From positions 25,796 to 89,795 of IMG/VR virus record IMGVR_UViG_3300032271_000682: DNA of 64,000 nt; one strand, written 5' to 3'. The stretch's first letter is position 1. Each line of letters begins with the position of its first letter. The translations under genes were made by a program, and so were the position numbers. The notes under the pieces are model-generated. The model saw only the letters and a program-made list of their open reading frames with translations. It had not been told where the DNA came from and made no database searches. This document shows, piece by piece, positions 59,643-64,000 of the stretch. Origin of the DNA: a virus.

Positions 59643-61520
59643 TTACTTAGTTTCAGTAAATTCCGCATCTACTACTGGATCATCTTTTGAAGCATTTTCT
59701 TTTGCCATCTTTTTTTCCATTAATGGTCCAATTGTGGCGTACAATTCATCTACTGATTTAGTAATTGCTTCTACATCTTCACTTGTAAGTTTAGATTCAA
59801 CTGATTCGATTGCTGTATTAATTGCAGTCTTTTCATCTTCGCTTAATAATTCACCGTGTTCTTTCAGATCACGCTTAAACTCATGAACTGAACTTTCGGC
59901 ACGATTACGAGTTTCGATCAATGTTCTAGTTTGCTTATCGCTTTCAGCATTTTCTTCAGCTTCACGAATCATCTTTTCAATCTCAGCTTCACTTAAACCA
60001 GAATTAGATTTGATAGTAATTTTATTTTCTTTTCCAGTTGCTTTATCTGCCGCTTTGATATGCATAATGCCGTTGGCATCAATATCAAATGAAACTTCAA
60101 TTTGTGGTAAACCACGACGAGCAGGTGCAATACCTTCAAGATTGAATTCACCCAATAATTTGTTATATTGAACTAACTCACGTTCACCTTGAAAAGCTTT
60201 AATAGTGACAGCAGATTGATTATCTTCAGCAGTTGAAAATACTTGACTTGCCTTGGTAGGAATAGTCGTATTCTTCTGAATAAGTTTAGTCATAACTCCG
60301 CCCATAGTTTCAATACCAAGTGATAGTGGTGTTACATCTAGTAGTAACACGTCATTACGATCACCAGCAAGTACAGCACCCTGAACTGCGGCTCCTGCTG
60401 CAACTGCTTCGTCTGGGTTAACATCTTTACGAGGAGTTTTGCCAAATAACTTTTCTACTGCTTCTTGAACTTTGGGCATACGAGTTTGACCGCCGACTAG
60501 AATAACTTCATCTATGTCACTTGCCGACACTTTAGCATCCTTCATGGCAACTTTACATGGCTCAATACTACGAGCGATTAAATCTTCTACCATGCTTTCA
60601 AGTTTAGAACGTGTGATAATAATATTCATATGACGTGGTCCACTAGCATCAGCGGTGATATATGGTAGATTGACTGCAGTTTGTTGAGCAGATGACAATT
60701 CAATCTTAGCTTTTTCTGCTGAATCCTTAAGTCTTTGAAGTGCCAATACATCATTTTTCAAATCAACTCCGCTGTCTTTCTTAAACTCTTCTACTAAGTA
60801 ATCCATGATACGTTGATCGAAGTCTTCCCCGCCCAAGAATGTATCACCATTGGTACTTAATACTTCGATTTGTTTATCGCCTTCGACATTCGCGATTTCA
60901 ATGATTGACACGTCGAATGTACCACCACCCAAATCGTAAACAGCAATTTTCCTATCACTGTTATCAGTTTTGTCAACCCCATACGCAAGAGCAGCAGCAG
61001 TGGGTTCATTAATAATGCGAAGTACTTCCAAGCCTGCGATTTTACCAGCATCTTTAGTTGCTTGTCTTTGACTGTCGTTAAAGTACGCAGGAACTGTGAT
61101 AACTGCTTGAGTAACTTCATGTCCTAAATAATCCTCTGCTGTCTTTTTCATTTTTCTAAGAACTTCAGCACTAATTTGTGGTGGAGCAAGTTCTTTGTCA
61201 TTTACACGAACCCATGCATCACCGTTTTTGGCTTCCATGATAGTAAATGGCATCATGTCGATGTCTTTTTGTACTGCTTGTTCTTTGAATTTACGACCAA
61301 TTAGTCTTTTGGCAGCATAAATTGTATTTTTTGGATTGGTTACTGCTTGACGTTTAGCACTAGCGCCTACTAAAATTTCGTCGTTTGTGTATGCAATGAT
61401 TGATGGTGTTGTACGTGTACCTTCGCTATTTTCTAGAACTTTAGCGACGCCGTTTTCTACGATAGCAACTGCTGAATTTGTGGTACCTAAGTCAATACCT
61501 ATTACTGATGATTTGCTCAT
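59643..61520 (-). CDS. dnaK: Chaperone DnaK (Hsp70)
   Basis: [38 protein letters not shown]-terminal DAEF; AAGGAG RBS. Confidence 0.98.
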   Translation of the reverse strand: MSKSSVIGIDLGTTNSAVAIVENGVAKVLENSEGTRTTPSIIAYTNDEILVGASAKRQAVTNPKNTIYAAKRLIGRKFKEQAVQKDIDMMPFTIMEAKNGDAWVRVNDKELAPPQISAEVLRKMKKTAEDYLGHEVTQAVITVPAYFNDSQRQATKDAGKIAGLEVLRIINEPTAAALAYGVDKTDNSDRKIAVYDLGGGTFDVSIIEIANVEGDKQIEVLSTNGDTFLGGEDFDQRIMDYLVEEFKKDSGVDLKNDVLALQRLKDSAEKAKIELSSAQQTAVNLPYITADASGPRHMNIIITRSKLESMVEDLIARSIEPCKVAMKDAKVSASDIDEVILVGGQTRMPKVQEAVEKLFGKTPRKDVNPDEAVAAGAAVQGAVLAGDRNDVLLLDVTPLSLGIETMGGVMTKLIQKNTTIPTKASQVFSTAEDNQSAVTIKAFQGERELVQYNKLLGEFNLEGIAPARRGLPQIEVSFDIDANGIMHIKAADKATGKENKITIKSNSGLSEAEIEKMIREAEENAESDKQTRTLIETRNRAESSVHEFKRDLKEHGELLSEDEKTAINTAIESVESKLTSEDVEAITKSVDELYATIGPLMEKKMAKENASKDDPVVDAEFTETK

Positions 61521-61643
61521 GATTATCTCCTTTAAGTAAGCAAGAATGTACATAGACCTCTATCGAGCATCTACATAATTATTTATCATTGTTATTAAAT
61601 GTTTTGAATTTATCTTATTAAGACAAAATGATAAATACTAATT

Positions 61644-63425
61644 ATGAAGATAACCGACATCATTTCTGAAAGTTCTAATAAAGTCACATGGGAACATTAT
61701 CCATTAGATAAAGATACCATTACTGGTTGGGCGAAACTACCTCGTGGTGCTCCCGGAGGGTTTAAGCCATCTAAATGGCAAGATAGAATCAGATGGGATC
61801 AAAATGATGTACAAGATTGGAAAAAATCATTTCCCAAAGACAAGCCAAAAGAAGTAGACGAGGCAGGAATATATAATCCTAACGGTAAAACATTTAGAGG
61901 GTCTAGTAACCCAATGCCACAGTTTGATCCCAACGATGCAATGATGCAGGGGGATTATGATCAGCTCAATACAGTTACCGCAACTGATCAGGGTGGAATT
62001 GATAAAGTTGAAAATGATATTGATAGAAATCGTCTTAAAGATATTATTCGTTCAGGTATGAAACTTTTAACTTCAGAAGAAAGAGAAGTATTAAATCTTA
62101 GATATTGGCACGATCTTGATCATAATAAAGTTGGTAAAAAAATAGGATTAAATACACAAGCTGTTTGGAAAATAGAAGCTAAAGCACTAAGAAAATTACG
62201 TGATCAGTCTAATGCTCCTGAAATACGTCGATATATGGACCCGACTTTTAAACCTAAGCCGGCACCAATGGCCATCGGCAATGTAGTAAAATCTTTATCA
62301 ACCGCCAATGGACCTAAAGTTGGTTCATACTATGAAATGGGATTTAAAGATGCTATAAATGGCACAAAGTCAATGTCTGCTCATAATGCTATGTCATCTG
62401 ACGAAACGTGGGATCAACGCAGTCAATATGACGCAGGATACGAATCTGGCAAAAGAAAAATAAAAAGCAGCAAAGTCAAAGAATCACTCAGCCCATTTAA
62501 CGATGATCACAGTGAACTAGATCAATATGTCAAAGAAGAATTCAACAAAGAGATAGATGAAGTAAAATTCAATCCTAATCGTCGTGGCTTCTTAAAGAAA
62601 GCTGGAGCTGTTGCTGCTAGTGCTGCTATGCCTAAGGGATTAGCTGGTGCTGCCATGAAAGCTGTTACGCCCTCTGCTAGCAGTATAATATCAGTTCCTT
62701 TTGCTGGATTATCTGCAATAGATTTAGATGATATTATTAATCTTCTTGATAGCGCAGAAGCAAAAAACATGAGACCCGGTTATGATCCATATGATCTAGA
62801 TATTATGAAATCCATAGCCCAAGATGCTGCTCGTGAGAGTTGGGGAAATGCATGGTTTATGAATGGAAATTCTGCTAAATCTTTTATTGATGCAGTTGAG
62901 CTAGGCAGAAAGAATGGTATGTCTGATGTAGATATTATAGATATTCTTAAGTCTACAGCCACTAATCTATATACAGATGAACTGGAGCAACTAAAACCTG
63001 AAGATAAGAGAGAAGTACAATCACGATCATTGAGAAATCCAAACTTACCAAAAAATTCAGAATTAGCTTCCAGTGACGCTGACTTAGAAAAAGTAAGCTC
63101 GGATTGGGCAAAGCACTCATTAAACCCATTAAATAAAACATCAGATACACCTACTAGATTGAGTTCATTGGCTCGTGCTGCTGGAGCACAAATTGGACGT
63201 ACTATGAAGAACGTGGGCAAGGCAACTGCCAATACGATACTAAATCAACCAGATAAAGACATGGGTAAAATTGAACCTACTACTTCACCGATTGCGTTAC
63301 CTGCACCAACTATGAAGCACGGTATGCAAATTCCTAAACAAAAATCAAAAGTATCCGCTCATCAAAAAGATGATGAAGACGATAAAGAACTTGAAAGATT
63401 GAAAGAAATGTTAAGAAGAACATAA
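61644..63425 (+). CDS. Modular late protein with MKITDIISE leader; internal sigma70 region-4-like HTH and Tat-like motif
   Basis: GATAAATAC at 61630; LTSEEREVLNLRY...VWKIEAKALRKLR; NRRGFLK. Confidence 0.7.
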   Translation: MKITDIISESSNKVTWEHYPLDKDTITGWAKLPRGAPGGFKPSKWQDRIRWDQNDVQDWKKSFPKDKPKEVDEAGIYNPNGKTFRGSSNPMPQFDPNDAMMQGDYDQLNTVTATDQGGIDKVENDIDRNRLKDIIRSGMKLLTSEEREVLNLRYWHDLDHNKVGKKIGLNTQAVWKIEAKALRKLRDQSNAPEIRRYMDPTFKPKPAPMAIGNVVKSLSTANGPKVGSYYEMGFKDAINGTKSMSAHNAMSSDETWDQRSQYDAGYESGKRKIKSSKVKESLSPFNDDHSELDQYVKEEFNKEIDEVKFNPNRRGFLKKAGAVAASAAMPKGLAGAAMKAVTPSASSIISVPFAGLSAIDLDDIINLLDSAEAKNMRPGYDPYDLDIMKSIAQDAARESWGNAWFMNGNSAKSFIDAVELGRKNGMSDVDIIDILKSTATNLYTDELEQLKPEDKREVQSRSLRNPNLPKNSELASSDADLEKVSSDWAKHSLNPLNKTSDTPTRLSSLARAAGAQIGRTMKNVGKATANTILNQPDKDMGKIEPTTSPIALPAPTMKHGMQIPKQKSKVSAHQKDDEDDKELERLKEMLRRT

Positions 63426-63797
63426 ATGAGAGCTGACGAATTCATAACCGAAGAAAAAAAAGGTAAATTAAGAAAAGGTCATGCTTCTGCAATGCCTGGA
63501 GCCATCAAATTTAGAGACGAGGGCGTCGATAGAATTTATAATTTAAATAGAATTATGATGGCCGCTGCGATGTCGGATGGAAGCAGTACTGCTCCTTTGG
63601 AAATGGATTCTAGTAGTTGGGCAGAAAAATTTAATACGGCGCATCCTTACACTGAATTGGAACATAAAATGATGCAACAAGCATTCGCCACGATTGATTC
63701 TAATCATCATGAAGTCATTAGTGATCACAGAAGCAAAGAAAGAGAAGATACTCATAAAATTAGTCCTCATCTCCCATTTAAAGGTTATCCAAGATGA
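63426..63797 (+). CDS. Late protein with MRADEFITE leader
   Basis: Leader family; YNLNRIMMAAA...HPYTELE. Confidence 0.7.
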   Translation: MRADEFITEEKKGKLRKGHASAMPGAIKFRDEGVDRIYNLNRIMMAAAMSDGSSTAPLEMDSSSWAEKFNTAHPYTELEHKMMQQAFATIDSNHHEVISDHRSKEREDTHKISPHLPFKGYPR

Positions 63798-64000
63798 GAG
63801 CTAAAGAATTCATCGTAGAAAATAATTTATTGGGCAGTACTGTTCCAACTAGTGATTCAAAATTATCTGTGTCTAATGCTGATGCATTACCTTCGGTGTA
63901 TTCAATTCCAAAACTTCCAAACAATGACTTCTATAAACAATATAGATTTGGTGTGGCAATAGCAGGCGCTCGTAGTGCAGAACAACGAAGAACAGAACCA
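63794..64000 (+). CDS. Late protein with MRAKEFIVE leader (partial)
   Basis: ATGA coupling; open to the window end; YKQYRFGVAIAGA parallels the previous gene. Confidence 0.7.
   Translation, partial: MRAKEFIVENNLLGSTVPTSDSKLSVSNADALPSVYSIPKLPNNDFYKQYRFGVAIAGARSAEQRRTEP

Noticed and set aside
59635-63770. Antisense and alternate-frame ORFs over dnaK and the late genes, and similar short ORFs throughout the track
   Set aside because: They shadow well-supported genes and lack an RBS or recognisable motifs.

Overview
AT-rich, gene-dense, mostly + strand window of a large T4-like/jumbo dsDNA phage using the standard genetic code. The host is probably a proteobacterium, likely Betaproteobacteria, judging from the DnaK, IscU and ClpP sequences and the tmRNA tag; this is inference. 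In order, the window holds: a radical-SAM/2OG-Fe(II)/methyl-/glycosyl-transferase cluster (1-10 kb); two T7 gp0.7-like kinases; an ABC-ATPase-GNAT fusion; a circularly permuted (two-piece) tmRNA; early-gene cassettes behind repeated sigma70 promoters; MoxR+VWA; ThyX; late proteins with T4 internal-protein-like leaders; Dps, family B DNA polymerase, clamp, UvsE and RNase H-like nuclease; a host-like proteostasis/translation set (ClpX, two ClpP, ClpS, Hsp20, DnaK, peptide deformylase, bS21, IscU/IscA); and many small paralogous genes. The most notable observations are: (1) iscU is broken at its CGD motif by a 7-nt stop-containing insertion (GGT-TAAC-GGA), preceded by a 17-bp coding-region hairpin and lying beside a free-standing HNH endonuclease, which suggests a very short T4 gene 60-like ribosomal hop; (2) the permuted tmRNA has a long ORF-bearing intervening segment; (3) putative capsid-packaged polyproteins contain protease-site-delimited modules, including internal Tat/Sec signal peptides and RMF-, RyR- and sigma4-like domains; (4) several recurrent non-coding motifs. 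All calls come from reading the sequence and the ORF track; no searches were run.
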